Origin: Promethearchaeia archaeon
GTDB lineage: Archaea > Asgardarchaeota > Lokiarchaeia > Sigyniarchaeales > SOKP01
Reading direction: 5' to 3'
Length of the DNA: 64,000 nt
Assembly (NCBI GenBank): GCA_029856145.1
Contig: JAHQWK010000012.1
Coordinates: forward strand, 1-64,000
The position numbers were made by a program, and so were the translations under genes. This document shows positions 18,085 to 29,600 of this stretch, one piece after another. Under the pieces are notes generated by a model. That model was not told where the DNA came from and ran no database searches. It saw only the letters and a list, made by a program, of their open reading frames with translations. How positions within the stretch are numbered: position 1 is the stretch's first letter; each line of letters opens with the position of its first letter.

Positions 18085-19575
18085 ATGAATGCAATGAAAG
18101 AACTTTGGGAACATTTTAATGAAATAATGCGACTATATTATATTGAAGCTCTTTTAGGTTGGGATCAACAGGTTAATATGCCTAAAGGCTCAGTAAAAGG
18201 AAGAGCTGAGCAAATAGCACTAATGCGAAGTCTAATTCATTCAAGAATAAAATCAGATAAAACTGGTAAATTGATAAAAGATGCTGAAAAATTAGACGGT
18301 CTAAGTAAAATAGATTTAGCGATGATACGAGAAGCAAAAAGAGAATATGATCAAGCGACTAAAATTCCTGATGAATTAGTATCTGAAATTGCTAGGACAT
18401 CATCCTTAGGGCATATAGAGTGGGAAAAAGCAAGAGAAAAAAGTGATTTCTCAATATTCAAACCTTATCTCGAGAAAATTATAAAATTAAGAATAGAATT
18501 CGCCGAAAAACTTGATACAGGACCAACTTTATACTCAACTTTGTTAGATTTATTCGAACCAGGAGCTACTTATGATTGGATATTAAAAATCTTTAATGGA
18601 ATGAAACCTAAATTAGTGAAGATCGTTGACAAGCTTAATAGTGTTTCTGATAAACCTAATCAATCAATATTAAAGAAAAATTATGATCCTGAAAAACAGT
18701 GGCAATTAAGTCTTGATATAATAAAAAAACTCAATTTTGATTTTAATACTGGACGACAAGACAAAGCTACACATCCTTTTACAACCTCATTATCATCAAT
18801 AGATACTAGAATAACAACTAGGATCCGGGAAGACTATCTTCCTGATTGTCTTTTCTCAACAATTCATGAATGTGGTCATGCACTCTACCAAATGGGATTT
18901 AAAGAAGAAATTCATGAAACATTATTAGCTGAGGGATGTTCTATGGGTATACATGAATCGCAAAGTCGTATGTGGGAGAATTTTGTAGGGCGCAGTAAAG
19001 AATTTTGGACGTATTGGTATCCAATTTTTCAAAATGCTTTCCCAGAAAATTTAAAAGGTTATTCAATGGAAGATTTTCATAGATCAATAAATGTTGTTGA
19101 GCCTTCATTTATAAGAGTAGATGCGGATGAAGTAACTTATGGATTACATGTTATACTACGATTTGAATTAGAGAAAATGATAATTGAGGATAACCTTCAA
19201 GTAGATGAATTGCCTGGACTATGGAATGAAAAAATGGAAGAGTTATTAGGGATAATACCTCCTAACGATAGAGAAGGTGTTTTACAAGATGTACACTGGA
19301 CTTCTGGCTTCGGATACTTCCCCAGTTACTCCCTCGGAAACCTTTATGCTGCCCAAATATATAAGGATATTTTAAAAACAAATCCTTCTTTACCCCAAGA
19401 TTATGAGAAAGGAGAATTTTCGAATCTTTTGAATTACTTAAAGGAAAACGTACACCAATACGGTAAAATTTACAAAGCTCCCGATTTAATTAAGAAAATT
19501 ACTGGAGAAGATTTAAATCCCGATTATTTTATTAAATACGTGGAAGATAAATATTATCCTATTTATGGAATTTAG
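18085..19575 (+). CDS. Carboxypeptidase M32 (Taq family), copy 2
   Basis: HPF, DTRITTR, HECGH, HESQ, IRVDAD and QDVHW motifs. Confidence 0.95.
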   Translation: MNAMKELWEHFNEIMRLYYIEALLGWDQQVNMPKGSVKGRAEQIALMRSLIHSRIKSDKTGKLIKDAEKLDGLSKIDLAMIREAKREYDQATKIPDELVSEIARTSSLGHIEWEKAREKSDFSIFKPYLEKIIKLRIEFAEKLDTGPTLYSTLLDLFEPGATYDWILKIFNGMKPKLVKIVDKLNSVSDKPNQSILKKNYDPEKQWQLSLDIIKKLNFDFNTGRQDKATHPFTTSLSSIDTRITTRIREDYLPDCLFSTIHECGHALYQMGFKEEIHETLLAEGCSMGIHESQSRMWENFVGRSKEFWTYWYPIFQNAFPENLKGYSMEDFHRSINVVEPSFIRVDADEVTYGLHVILRFELEKMIIEDNLQVDELPGLWNEKMEELLGIIPPNDREGVLQDVHWTSGFGYFPSYSLGNLYAAQIYKDILKTNPSLPQDYEKGEFSNLLNYLKENVHQYGKIYKAPDLIKKITGEDLNPDYFIKYVEDKYYPIYGI

Positions 19576-19685
19576 ATTTTTTCCAATTTTTTTTTTATTT
19601 TATACAATAGTAGGTAAAACTTTATTTTTATAAAATCCTAATTTTAAGAAAAGATTGATAATAAAGTAATAAGAAAGAGTATTGT

Positions 19686-20282
19686 ATGCTATTACAGATA
19701 AAAAAATTTTCTGAAAAACTATTACTTCCTTTAGGTAAGAAGTTAGTAAAAATCCCTGCAAATTATATTACGTTATTTGGTTTAATTTCCGCAATTATTA
19801 CCTTTTTTGGATTCATTTTTCATTGTTTAATGATTGTAATCGTTTTTCTATTTATTACTGAATTTTTTGATCAATTAGATGGAGTAGTGGCAAGACTCCA
19901 AGGCCCTACTATATTAGGAGGTTTTTTAGACTCTACTTTAGATAGAATTGGAGATTTTTTCTTATTTATTGGTATCATTTTTGGAGGATATACAACACTT
20001 GAAATTGGTATTCTAGTTCTTATCGGGACATTTTTAACCTCATATACTAGAGCTAAGATTGAAGCTTTAGGAATAGATAATCTATATGGTGTTGGAATAA
20101 TAGAAAGGACTGATCGTGTACTAATACTATTCATAGGGTCGATATTCCAGATTTGGTTTCCCACAGCTATATGGTGGACCATGATAATCTTGGCAGTCGG
20201 GACTAATATAACAGCCCTTCAAAGAATCATCTATGCTTTTCGTAAGTTTTCTAAAAATAAAGAAAAAAAAATAATCAAATAG
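19686..20282 (+). CDS. CDP-alcohol phosphatidyltransferase (archaetidylinositol-phosphate synthase-like)
   Basis: DQLDGVVAR..G.FLDSTLDRIGD; SYTRAK.E and G..ER.DR motifs. Confidence 0.9.
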   Translation: MLLQIKKFSEKLLLPLGKKLVKIPANYITLFGLISAIITFFGFIFHCLMIVIVFLFITEFFDQLDGVVARLQGPTILGGFLDSTLDRIGDFFLFIGIIFGGYTTLEIGILVLIGTFLTSYTRAKIEALGIDNLYGVGIIERTDRVLILFIGSIFQIWFPTAIWWTMIILAVGTNITALQRIIYAFRKFSKNKEKKIIK

Positions 20283-20360
20283 ATTAATTTAGGTTTAACT
20301 TTTCACTCTGTGATTTAAAAAAACGAATATATCTTTCATTATACTTTTCGTATTACTACT

Positions 20361-21023
20361 CTAAAATTGCTTCCTACTAAATAAGAATAAATTTAAACTC
20401 ATTATTATAGTTGTAAGAGTTATTCCTAGAGTTAATGCTAACAATACAGGATCCAAGACTTCAATGAAGAAGGTAGGTAATATGATAAGAGAAGATAGTT
20501 GACTACCTAAATAAACTGATAATATAGCTGCTACAGGCACAGATGAAACTAAAACACCAAAGAAAATACCAATCGAGCACGTGATTGCCATTGAAGAAAT
20601 TCCGATAATTAGAGAGTCAAATGTCATATTTAAATACATTTCTGATAAATCACCAGTAAATCCATCAATTATAAGACCAACTATGAGAGATATTGATACG
20701 GCAATGACTAAACATGAGTATACTGCTAAAAATTTTGCTAAAATTAAACTGCTACGCTTAACCGGTCTGATTAAAAATAATTCATAAACATGATGAATTT
20801 TTTCACTAACGATTGAAGTGCTCAGCATTATTGCAGAAAGAGTTCCTCCTATACTTGAAACAACAAGAGAAACTAAAAATGAAATAGGCATTCCTTCCAA
20901 TTGACCTGGATTAATAAATTGCAGTAGAAATGATAATAAAGGTAAACCAAACCATAGCACAATCATAACTTTTGATTTTGCATATCCTCTCAATTCATCT
21001 AAAAAGAGTAATCTCAAGCTCAT
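20361..21023 (-). CDS. ABC-2 type permease
   Basis: About 6 TM; SE...ELFLIRPVKR..LILAK; overlaps the ATPase gene. Confidence 0.85.
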   Translation of the reverse strand: MSLRLLFLDELRGYAKSKVMIVLWFGLPLLSFLLQFINPGQLEGMPISFLVSLVVSSIGGTLSAIMLSTSIVSEKIHHVYELFLIRPVKRSSLILAKFLAVYSCLVIAVSISLIVGLIIDGFTGDLSEMYLNMTFDSLIIGISSMAITCSIGIFFGVLVSSVPVAAILSVYLGSQLSSLIILPTFFIEVLDPVLLALTLGITLTTIIMSLNLFLFSRKQF

Positions 21024-21970
21024 TCAGTTTCACCTCTTATATATTTTAAATAGACTTCCTCTAAGCTAGGCTTTAGAAGACTAAAACTTCTAATTCGACA
21101 TTTCTGCTCCGTCAATTTATTCAAAATTATATTTATAATTAAATCGATATCAATATCTGAATCTAGATGAATCAATTGCTTATTTGCGTTGATATTTTCT
21201 ATGGAAACGACTCCAGATACTTCTTCTAGTCCATCATAAAGGGAAGAATTTTTAGCTACAACAATTTCTAGTATATTTCCTACATGAAAGCTAGTTTGAA
21301 GTTCTTCAGGGGTTCCTATTTTCATTATTTGACCTTGATTTAAAATGCCAATTGTATTTGCAATATCTTGAACATCACTTAGAATATGTGAAGAAAATAA
21401 AATAGTAATACCACTTCTTGCTAATTTTTTTATGATTTCTTTGAACTGATATCGCATCTGTGGGTCTAAACCTGACAATGGCTCGTCCATTATTAAAATT
21501 TCAGGTTCATGAAGAAGAGCTTGTCCCAATCTTAATTTTTGAAACATTCCTCCCGACAAGTGAACAATTTTTTTATATCGAAAGTCAGTAAGACTAATTA
21601 ATTCTAAGATTTCTTGAGTTCGATTTTCAAGGTAGTCTGAACTAAGCCCTGAGAGACGACCAAATGTTTTAAAAGCATGATCAACAGTACGCCATTCTTG
21701 GAATCCTGCTTCTTGGGGATGATAGCCTATAAGTTTATGGAAATCTTTGCGATCCTTTTGAACATTTATTCCATATATATTGACCTGACCATTGAAATCT
21801 GTTATTAGCCCTACTAAAATCTTTATTGTAGTTGTCTTTCCAGCACCATTTGGACCAATATACCCAAATACTTCTCCTTTATGTATCTTAAAAGATATAT
21901 CATCTAAAGCTAGTAGATCTTTATAGTTTTTAGAAACATTCTTGAATTCAATGCAGATATCTTTGCTCAT
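21020..21970 (-). CDS. ABC transporter ATP-binding protein
   Basis: GPNGAGKTT, LSGG, DEP and SSH motifs. Confidence 0.95.
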   Translation of the reverse strand: MSKDICIEFKNVSKNYKDLLALDDISFKIHKGEVFGYIGPNGAGKTTTIKILVGLITDFNGQVNIYGINVQKDRKDFHKLIGYHPQEAGFQEWRTVDHAFKTFGRLSGLSSDYLENRTQEILELISLTDFRYKKIVHLSGGMFQKLRLGQALLHEPEILIMDEPLSGLDPQMRYQFKEIIKKLARSGITILFSSHILSDVQDIANTIGILNQGQIMKIGTPEELQTSFHVGNILEIVVAKNSSLYDGLEEVSGVVSIENINANKQLIHLDSDIDIDLIINIILNKLTEQKCRIRSFSLLKPSLEEVYLKYIRGETE

Positions 21971-22091
21971 TATTAAAAAGTGATCTAATAGTTACTATTA
22001 AGCTAAAAAATCATTGGTTTATTAATTAATTTATTCATCTTACAGTTTTAGAATGATTATGAAAAAATAATGTAAATAGTTTGTAGATCCT

Positions 22092-23243
22092 TTAATCTCT
22101 TAATCTAGGAGGAGGTACAAACACGGTTCTCATCCCTTCTAACAACGAAATGGCATTTTCTGGACAGAAATGAGCACAAACACCACAACCGATACACAAT
22201 TCTGCGTTACATTCCGCTTTATTATTGTCATCTCCTTGTATTGCATCTACTGGACACTTCTCTAGACAAGTACCACATCCAACACATTTGCTCTTGTCAA
22301 TTTTCGCTAAGAAATTAGTTGAGTTTATCATAGCTGTAACTCCCATCCTCCACCATTCAAGAGTTCCACAACAACATTTGCAACAATTGCAAATTGATGT
22401 CTCATCTCTAGCAATTCTGGAACCCGAGTGAAAAGCTTTATGGACTAATCCATCTTTCTCGGACTCTTTTAAAATTTCTAAAGCTTCTTCTTTTGAGATG
22501 GTTCTTGCAAAGCCCTGTTCTACGCAATAACGAGCAGATTTTCCAAACGTAAAACAATTTTCTCTTAATTCAGTCGTTTTGCATGATTTTCCTAATAAAT
22601 CTTTATGGTGTCTACAAAAACAATGACCCACAGCAATATCTTCGAATTTTTTAATAATTTCCTCTACTTCTTGAGTTGGGATTATTTGTTCTTCGGGAAC
22701 ATCTATTTCCTTATTGATAGATATTTGTATTTCCTCGTCAGAAACATTCTTATCCAAGATTGGAACTGTACGATCATAAGGTAGTAGAGTTTTAAAGTAT
22801 GGGGCTATTGTATCATAATTCTCCTGAATAAAATCGCGTAATTCTTCAAATAATTGAGTAAAAAGTCTAGCAAGTTTCTTCTCTTTTTCATTAAATTCCA
22901 ATTTATTCATAAAGGTATATTCAAATACTCCCACCATTACGAGAGGCATTAATCTGTATACCATGATACCAGCAGAGCTTGGTTGATTAAATATTAAACC
23001 TGTTTTAGAAAGTGTTTTAGTTAATCTATGAATTTGTTCTTCTGACATTTTACTGCTCTGTTTTAGTTGAACCATAGTTTGTGATGGATTTCGTTTAAAA
23101 GACATAACCAATTCTAGTTCTTCTTCAGTAATTAACATCTTTAGTATATTAATCATCGTATCCATTATAGGAAAAGGGAACAGTCCTGCTTTAACAATAA
23201 CTCTGGCAGCTTTTTTATAATTTAAATCTGACATTTTTATCAA
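22092..23243 (-). CDS. wHTH-like + Cys-rich + 4Fe-4S dicluster protein
   Basis: CFCR, ICNCCKCCC and two CxxCxxCxxxCP motifs; paralog of 46935 and 62106. Confidence 0.85.
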   Translation of the reverse strand: MIKMSDLNYKKAARVIVKAGLFPFPIMDTMINILKMLITEEELELVMSFKRNPSQTMVQLKQSSKMSEEQIHRLTKTLSKTGLIFNQPSSAGIMVYRLMPLVMVGVFEYTFMNKLEFNEKEKKLARLFTQLFEELRDFIQENYDTIAPYFKTLLPYDRTVPILDKNVSDEEIQISINKEIDVPEEQIIPTQEVEEIIKKFEDIAVGHCFCRHHKDLLGKSCKTTELRENCFTFGKSARYCVEQGFARTISKEEALEILKESEKDGLVHKAFHSGSRIARDETSICNCCKCCCGTLEWWRMGVTAMINSTNFLAKIDKSKCVGCGTCLEKCPVDAIQGDDNNKAECNAELCIGCGVCAHFCPENAISLLEGMRTVFVPPPRLRD

Positions 23244-23350
23244 AGATTTAATTATGTTTTTTAATTATTTGGTTAATAATTAACGTTAAAATTAATTGTT
23301 TACCTTATAAGTTATTATAGATCATTATAATTGTTTTATTTTCAAAATTT

Positions 23351-24676
23351 GTGATTAAGATGAATTGTTTAATTATTGGGCATGGCGCAAGAGAACATGT
23401 TATTGGTGAAACTCTTGTTAAAGGAGGGGCAAGTTTATTTGCCTTTATGAGTTTTAAAAATGCTGGATTAGAAGACTTGAGTAAAAAAGTTAAAATTCAC
23501 TCTGAGACTGATTTCAAAGAAATTATTGATTTTTCTAAAGAAAATAAAATTGATTTCGCTGTAATTGGGCCTGAGGCTCCATTGGTTGTTGGAATTGTTG
23601 ATGCACTTGAAAAAGGTGGAATCCCCTGCATTGGTCCTAAAATTGAGGCTGCTCAATTAGAGGGATCAAAAGTATTTACCAGAAATTTATTGGAAAAATA
23701 TAACATTAATTCAAATGTCAAGAGTAAAGTTTTTGATTCAATGGATGGAATTGAGAGTTACATTAAAGATATAGGGGAAGAAAATATTGTTGTAAAACCA
23801 GAAGGTTTAACTGGAGGTAAAGGTGTTAAAGTTTATGGAGATCACCTATTCTCAAAAGCAGATATTTTAGAATATTGTCAAGAATTGATAAAAAACAATA
23901 ATAGATTTCTTCTAGAAGAAAAATGTGTGGGTGAAGAATTCACCTTACAGACTTTTGTTGATGGAAAAACTGTTCTCGGCTCACCTTTAGTTCAAGATCA
24001 TAAAAGAGCATATGAAGATGATAAGGGTCCAAACACAGGAGGGATGGGATCCTATTCTATGGAAGATCATCTTATGCCATTTATCACTCAAAAAGATGTC
24101 GACAATGCCCTTGAAGATATGAAAAAAACAATAGCAGCCGTGCGAGCAGAAACCGGAGTAGAATATAAAGGTTTTTTGTATGGACAATTCATGAAAACAG
24201 TACATGGATTAAAACTAATTGAATATAACTCTCGATTTGGTGATCCTGAGGCAATGAATGTTTTACCCATTCTTAAGGGAAACTTGGTAGATATTTGTTG
24301 GATGATCATAAATGGGAATTTATCTCAGAATTTTAAATTTGAAAAGAAAGCCACAGTGTGTAAATATTTAGCTCCAGAGGGATATCCTGTTAATCCTAAA
24401 AGGGATGAGCAGATCAAAATAAACAGAGAAAAAATAAATAAATCTGGAGCAAAATATTATTATGCATCAGTTTATCGGGAGAGTGGAAAGATATTCACTA
24501 CAACTTCAAGAGCAATGGGGGTGTTAGGGATTGCTGATTCTTTAGAAGATGCAGAAAAAATAGCAGAAGCGGGTGTTAATTGTATTGAGGGAAAATTATT
24601 TCACAGAAAAGATGTAGGCACACGGAGATTATTACAGAAACGAATTGACCACATGAATTCTCTTTTAAACAAATAA
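23351..24676 (+). CDS. purD: Phosphoribosylamine--glycine ligase
   Basis: GAREH, IGPEAPL, LEGSK, GGKGV, QDHKR, GPNTGGMG and RFGDPE motifs. Confidence 0.97.
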   Translation: MIKMNCLIIGHGAREHVIGETLVKGGASLFAFMSFKNAGLEDLSKKVKIHSETDFKEIIDFSKENKIDFAVIGPEAPLVVGIVDALEKGGIPCIGPKIEAAQLEGSKVFTRNLLEKYNINSNVKSKVFDSMDGIESYIKDIGEENIVVKPEGLTGGKGVKVYGDHLFSKADILEYCQELIKNNNRFLLEEKCVGEEFTLQTFVDGKTVLGSPLVQDHKRAYEDDKGPNTGGMGSYSMEDHLMPFITQKDVDNALEDMKKTIAAVRAETGVEYKGFLYGQFMKTVHGLKLIEYNSRFGDPEAMNVLPILKGNLVDICWMIINGNLSQNFKFEKKATVCKYLAPEGYPVNPKRDEQIKINREKINKSGAKYYYASVYRESGKIFTTTSRAMGVLGIADSLEDAEKIAEAGVNCIEGKLFHRKDVGTRRLLQKRIDHMNSLLNK

Positions 24677-24747
24677 GAATCGTTTTTTCTTTTATATTCT
24701 ATAATCATTAAATTCTAATAATTTCTTGATAAATCTATACTTGAATT

Positions 24748-25230
24748 ATGAATTGGCATGAAAAAAACGCTGAATTTAACATCTTAATAAAACAACTTTT
24801 TCACGAAAATGATTGGCAAAAAAGAGCTGAAGCTGCTAGACAACTTGGTCTGTTAAAAGATCGCAGAGCCACTAATTTAATGTGTAGAGCTCTTAGATCA
24901 GAAAAAGACCATATGGTTGTTAATAAAATAATTGAAGCCATGGGTAGAATTGGTGATGGTAGAGCGACTTTAAGGATTATAGAAAAACTTAAAGAAGAAC
25001 AGGAGAAAAATGAAATTGATAAATTCAGAATATTATATATTATAGAAAGTTTAATGAAAATTAAAGATAAAAGAGCATTGTCATATTTAGGACCATTATT
25101 AGACTCTTCTGATGAAGATATAAAAGATTTGACTTTAAAAGCTTTTGACGTAATAGAACCAGATTGGAAAGAAATAATAGAAAGAGAAGGAAATAAATCA
25201 ATCCAGGAAATTTTTAGAATTAAGAATTAA
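24748..25230 (+). CDS. HEAT-repeat (PBS-lyase-like) protein
   Basis: DWQKRAEAARQLGLL.D.RA; EAMGRIGD.RA repeats. Confidence 0.8.
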   Translation: MNWHEKNAEFNILIKQLFHENDWQKRAEAARQLGLLKDRRATNLMCRALRSEKDHMVVNKIIEAMGRIGDGRATLRIIEKLKEEQEKNEIDKFRILYIIESLMKIKDKRALSYLGPLLDSSDEDIKDLTLKAFDVIEPDWKEIIEREGNKSIQEIFRIKN

Positions 25231-25362
25231 TACCTATTTACTTTTACAAGATTCATTTTTCTTATTTTTTAAATAATAAAGCCTTAATAAGTAGTTATTT
25301 AAGATTTCAAAATTCTCTATTTTATAAATTAGTAGGAATTATTCAATAAATAGAGAGCTATT

Positions 25363-26475
25363 TTGAAGGATAAACCATTTTGTTGTTGTTGGGATCTTGA
25401 AGGCCCTATTAGTGTTCTTGATTTTGCTGCTGAACTTAGTAAGAAGCTAAATAAAGCTTTAAAATTGAATACACAGAGATATAATATGAGAGAATTTTAT
25501 ACTATGATTTCAAAATACGATGACTATATTACTGATGTTCCTGGAGTCAAAAATAAATTAAGTATTCCTGAATATCAACCTGGAGATACACTAAGGTTAA
25601 TAGCTCCTTTATATATATTATGTTTTACAAATAATGATTTACTTGGCTTAGCAAAAGCAAACAAAGGACTATTACCGGGGTGTAAAAAATTAATGAAGAT
25701 ATTACATAAAGACTGGGATGTTTTCATAATTTCTACTAGTTATTCACAATTTGCTCATAATGTAGCATCCGCATTAAATATCCCAAAAGATCATGTGTAT
25801 TGCACTGAATTAAACCTTGAACGGTTAAAAAAAGAATTAGGAGATATAAATGATTCAATAAATTTGTTAATTCGAGAGATCTTTGAAAAATATCTTAAGA
25901 ATAATAAAGATCTTTATAGGGTTATCGATGATTTAAATGCTTTCTTCTGGTTAGGCAATGAATCTGAATATATTAAGATCATGAATAATATAAAGGTTAG
26001 AGGTGGTAGAAGAAAAGAAGCTGCTGTTGAAGAAATTTCTACACGAACAGGAATACCTATTTCAGAAATGATAGCATTAGGGGATTCGATTACCGATATC
26101 AATATGCTCCAAAGATTAAGAGATGAAGGTGGTATTGCGGTATCATTTAATGGAAATAGATTTAGTATTGAACATGCGAATGTTGCAATAACAACTACAA
26201 ATAGCCTGGGGGTTTTACCAATTTTTCAAGAAAAAGAATACATCAGAGATTTTTTGGGATCTTGGGAAAACAGTTTTAATAATTTTCAGAATGATCCAGA
26301 GAAAATTGTAGATGGGTTAATCTCTCAACAAAGTAAAGATTTTTTCATAAAATATAATTTTCTTCCTGAAATTGTGGCTTTAACAGACAAATCAGAGGAA
26401 CAAATAAGAGAAATAATTTTAAAACAAGAAGAAATGCGAAGGATTGTGAGAGGCTGGGCAAGTAAATTAAATTAG
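25363..26475 (+). CDS. HAD-superfamily hydrolase (COG4030/EhaR-like)
   Basis: DLEGP motif I, GDTLRLI.P, ISTSY, GDSITD and SFNGN motifs. Confidence 0.8.
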   Translation: MKDKPFCCCWDLEGPISVLDFAAELSKKLNKALKLNTQRYNMREFYTMISKYDDYITDVPGVKNKLSIPEYQPGDTLRLIAPLYILCFTNNDLLGLAKANKGLLPGCKKLMKILHKDWDVFIISTSYSQFAHNVASALNIPKDHVYCTELNLERLKKELGDINDSINLLIREIFEKYLKNNKDLYRVIDDLNAFFWLGNESEYIKIMNNIKVRGGRRKEAAVEEISTRTGIPISEMIALGDSITDINMLQRLRDEGGIAVSFNGNRFSIEHANVAITTTNSLGVLPIFQEKEYIRDFLGSWENSFNNFQNDPEKIVDGLISQQSKDFFIKYNFLPEIVALTDKSEEQIREIILKQEEMRRIVRGWASKLN

Positions 26476-26638
26476 ATTATATAAAAAAAAATTTATTTAT
26501 CTTTGTTATAGAAATTATCTCGAGTAAATTCCAAATAGATAAATATTATATTTTTATTCGTACAATTTTTATATAAGAAAAGAGTAGTTCTCTCTATTAA
26601 TTTTAATCCAAAAATTTTAAGTGGGGTAATGTTCAAAA

Positions 26639-29600
26639 ATGGCAAGCATGTATGAAAGCTACGATAAATTGGGTCAGATTTTTTCTAAAAATATTGATGA
26701 CCCTATGTTTATACTTAATGAAAAGTTTCAATGTGAATATTCTAATTCTCAATATTTTCTATTAAAACAAAAAATTAACGAATTTATACATCCGGAGGAT
26801 CTCAAGCGAGTAAACAGATTATTAAAAAATATTTTAAAATTAGGGTATGGAACAGAAGAAGCTCAAATTAAATATGAAGGAAATCAGTCTAAATGGTTTG
26901 AAATTAAAGGAAAAAGTTTTATAGATGGTGCAGATAACAAAAAAAAAGTTTTACTCATCTGTAGAGATATCACTAAATTTAAAAAACTCGAATTTGAAAT
27001 TAAAGAAAGTCAAGCTCGGTTTGGTGAATTAGCAGATTATGTACCAGAGATACAATTTTGGAAGCTTCTTCAAACAAGAGAAGGTAAAAGTGTAGTACAG
27101 AAGACTAGAGAAATGTTAGAATTAGTATTGGATAATATCCCTCAACTCATTTATTGGAAAGATACAAACTTGGTTTACATGGGATGTAATAAGAATTTTG
27201 CTCTTTTGAATAAAATACAAGAACCTACAAGTATAATTGGAAGAACTGATGAAGATCTAATTTGGCTTAAAACCAATATAAAACTTATTCAAGACAAAGA
27301 GAGTAAAGTTATGAAAAACGATAATGCTGAATATGATGCTATAGAATCATTAACTACAACTAGTGGCAAGCAAACTTGGTTTGAAATTAGTAGAATTCCA
27401 TTACATGACTCAAAAGGTAAAGTAGTTGGAATATTAGTTACCTATGAAGATATTACTATGCGTAAGATAGCGGAACAAAAATTAAAAGAATCAGAAGAAA
27501 AATATCGTGGAATACTTGATAATATCAATGAAAGTTATTTTGAAGTTGATCTGAATGGAAATTTTACATTTTTTAATAATGCTCTATGTGAATTGCAAGG
27601 GTCTTCAAGAGAGGAATTACTTGGTGCTAATTATGAGAATTTTGTTGATGAGAATAATAAAAAAAAGATTATTAAAGTTTATAGTGATGTTTTCGAGACA
27701 GGAAGACCAAAAACTAATTTCCAATATCAATTTCAAAAGAAAAATGGAGAACAAATAACATGTGAATCTTCGGTATATCTTAGATATGATTCAGAGGGAA
27801 ATAGAATAGGATTCAGTGGATTAGCAAAAAATATTACTGATAAATTCTCTCTCGAGCAAAAAATAAAGGAATCTGAAGAGAAATATCGTACAATATTCAA
27901 TTCAAGTCCGGACTATATTTTTATAACTGATATTAAAGGAGATATTTTAGATATGAATCCTGCGTTATTGGAACGAATAGGAATTACATTAGAAGAAACT
28001 AGGGGTAAAAATTTTTCAGAATTTTATGCTGGTGATGAATTTGACAAGTTACAAGGTGTAGGAGATTCATTAATTGCGGGTAACGAAATTACAGGCATTG
28101 AAATTAAAGCAAAAACTAAAAAGGGAGAGATTTTTGAATATGAAGTGAATGCAGTTCCATTAAAGGAAGATGGTAAAGTTACTAAAATTTTAAATTTAGC
28201 AAGAGATATAACTCTCCGAAAACAAACTGAACAGAAACTAAAAGAATCTGAGAAAAGATATCGTCATTTATTCGAGAGCTCTCCATATGCTATTTGGCTT
28301 GTGGATGAAAAGGGAACTATAATTGATTGTAATATGACTATGACAGATTTGCTTTCAGTTTTAGAAATGAAAGATCTAATTGGAAAAAAGTTTTATGAGG
28401 TTTTATCGGTTCTAAAAAGGCCTGAATATCTTATAAACATATTAAAAGATCAATTTAAAAGATTTCTAAATGGTGAAAGATTACGACCTTTAGAATTGCA
28501 AATAACTCGAGTTGATGGAAAAAAGATATGGGTATCAATACAGAGTTCACTAGTAAAAATTGGAAATAAAACTCTTACACAGGCAATAATTCGAGATATA
28601 ACTGAAAAGAAAAAAGCTGAACAAAAAATAAAAGATTCAGAAACTAAATATCGTCATTTATTCGAAACTATGCCATATTCAATTATATTAATCGATAGAA
28701 AGGGAAAAATTATTGATTGTAACCCTACTACTGAAAAACTTTTTAATAGGAAAATTGAAGGTTTAATAAATAGAAATTTCTTAGAAGTAAGCATAAAACC
28801 TGAGAAAATTTTACCTTTATTTAAACAGAGATTTCAATCTATTTTAAAAGGAATTGTTCCAGAACCACTTGAAGTTCAAATTTCTAGATCTAAAGATGGG
28901 AATTTAATATGGGTAAGTATAGATGATTCCCTTGTTGAAGTTGGAGGTCAGAATGTCTTTCAGGTAATAATACAAGATATTACAGAAAAAAAAATTGCTG
29001 AACAAGAATTAAAGAAATCCCAAGAAGAGTTAAAGACGCTAAATAGAGAATTAGAGCAAAAAGTGTTAGAAAGGACCAAGGATTTAATTGAATCTGAACA
29101 ACAATATCGTACGACAATAAATTCATTAAATGATCCACTCCATGTTGTTGATGAACAATTAAGAATTATTCTATCAAACTCTGCATTTGAATATTGGCTC
29201 ATTGATTTAGATATTGATAAAGAAATTGCAGGAAGGACTGTTTTTGAAGCGTTTCCGTTTTTACCTGATGAAGTTCGTAAAGAATATGAAGAAGTTTTTA
29301 ATAGTGGAAAGATGCTTCTTACAGAAGGGAGTCTTTTTTTAAATAATAAGGAAATTTTTACTGAAACTAGAAAAATACCAATTTTTAGCGAAAGTAAAGT
29401 TCGCCAAGTAATAACGATTATAAGAGATATTACTGAAAGTAAGAAAATGGAATTTCAGTTGAAAGAATCCGAAGAAAACTTTCGAAATATGATAACAAAC
29501 TTGGATGAGGGTTATTATAAAATTGAATGGATGGGGAATATGATTTACCATAATCCGGCGTTTAGTAAGATTGCGGGATATGAACTCAACGAAAGTTTTA

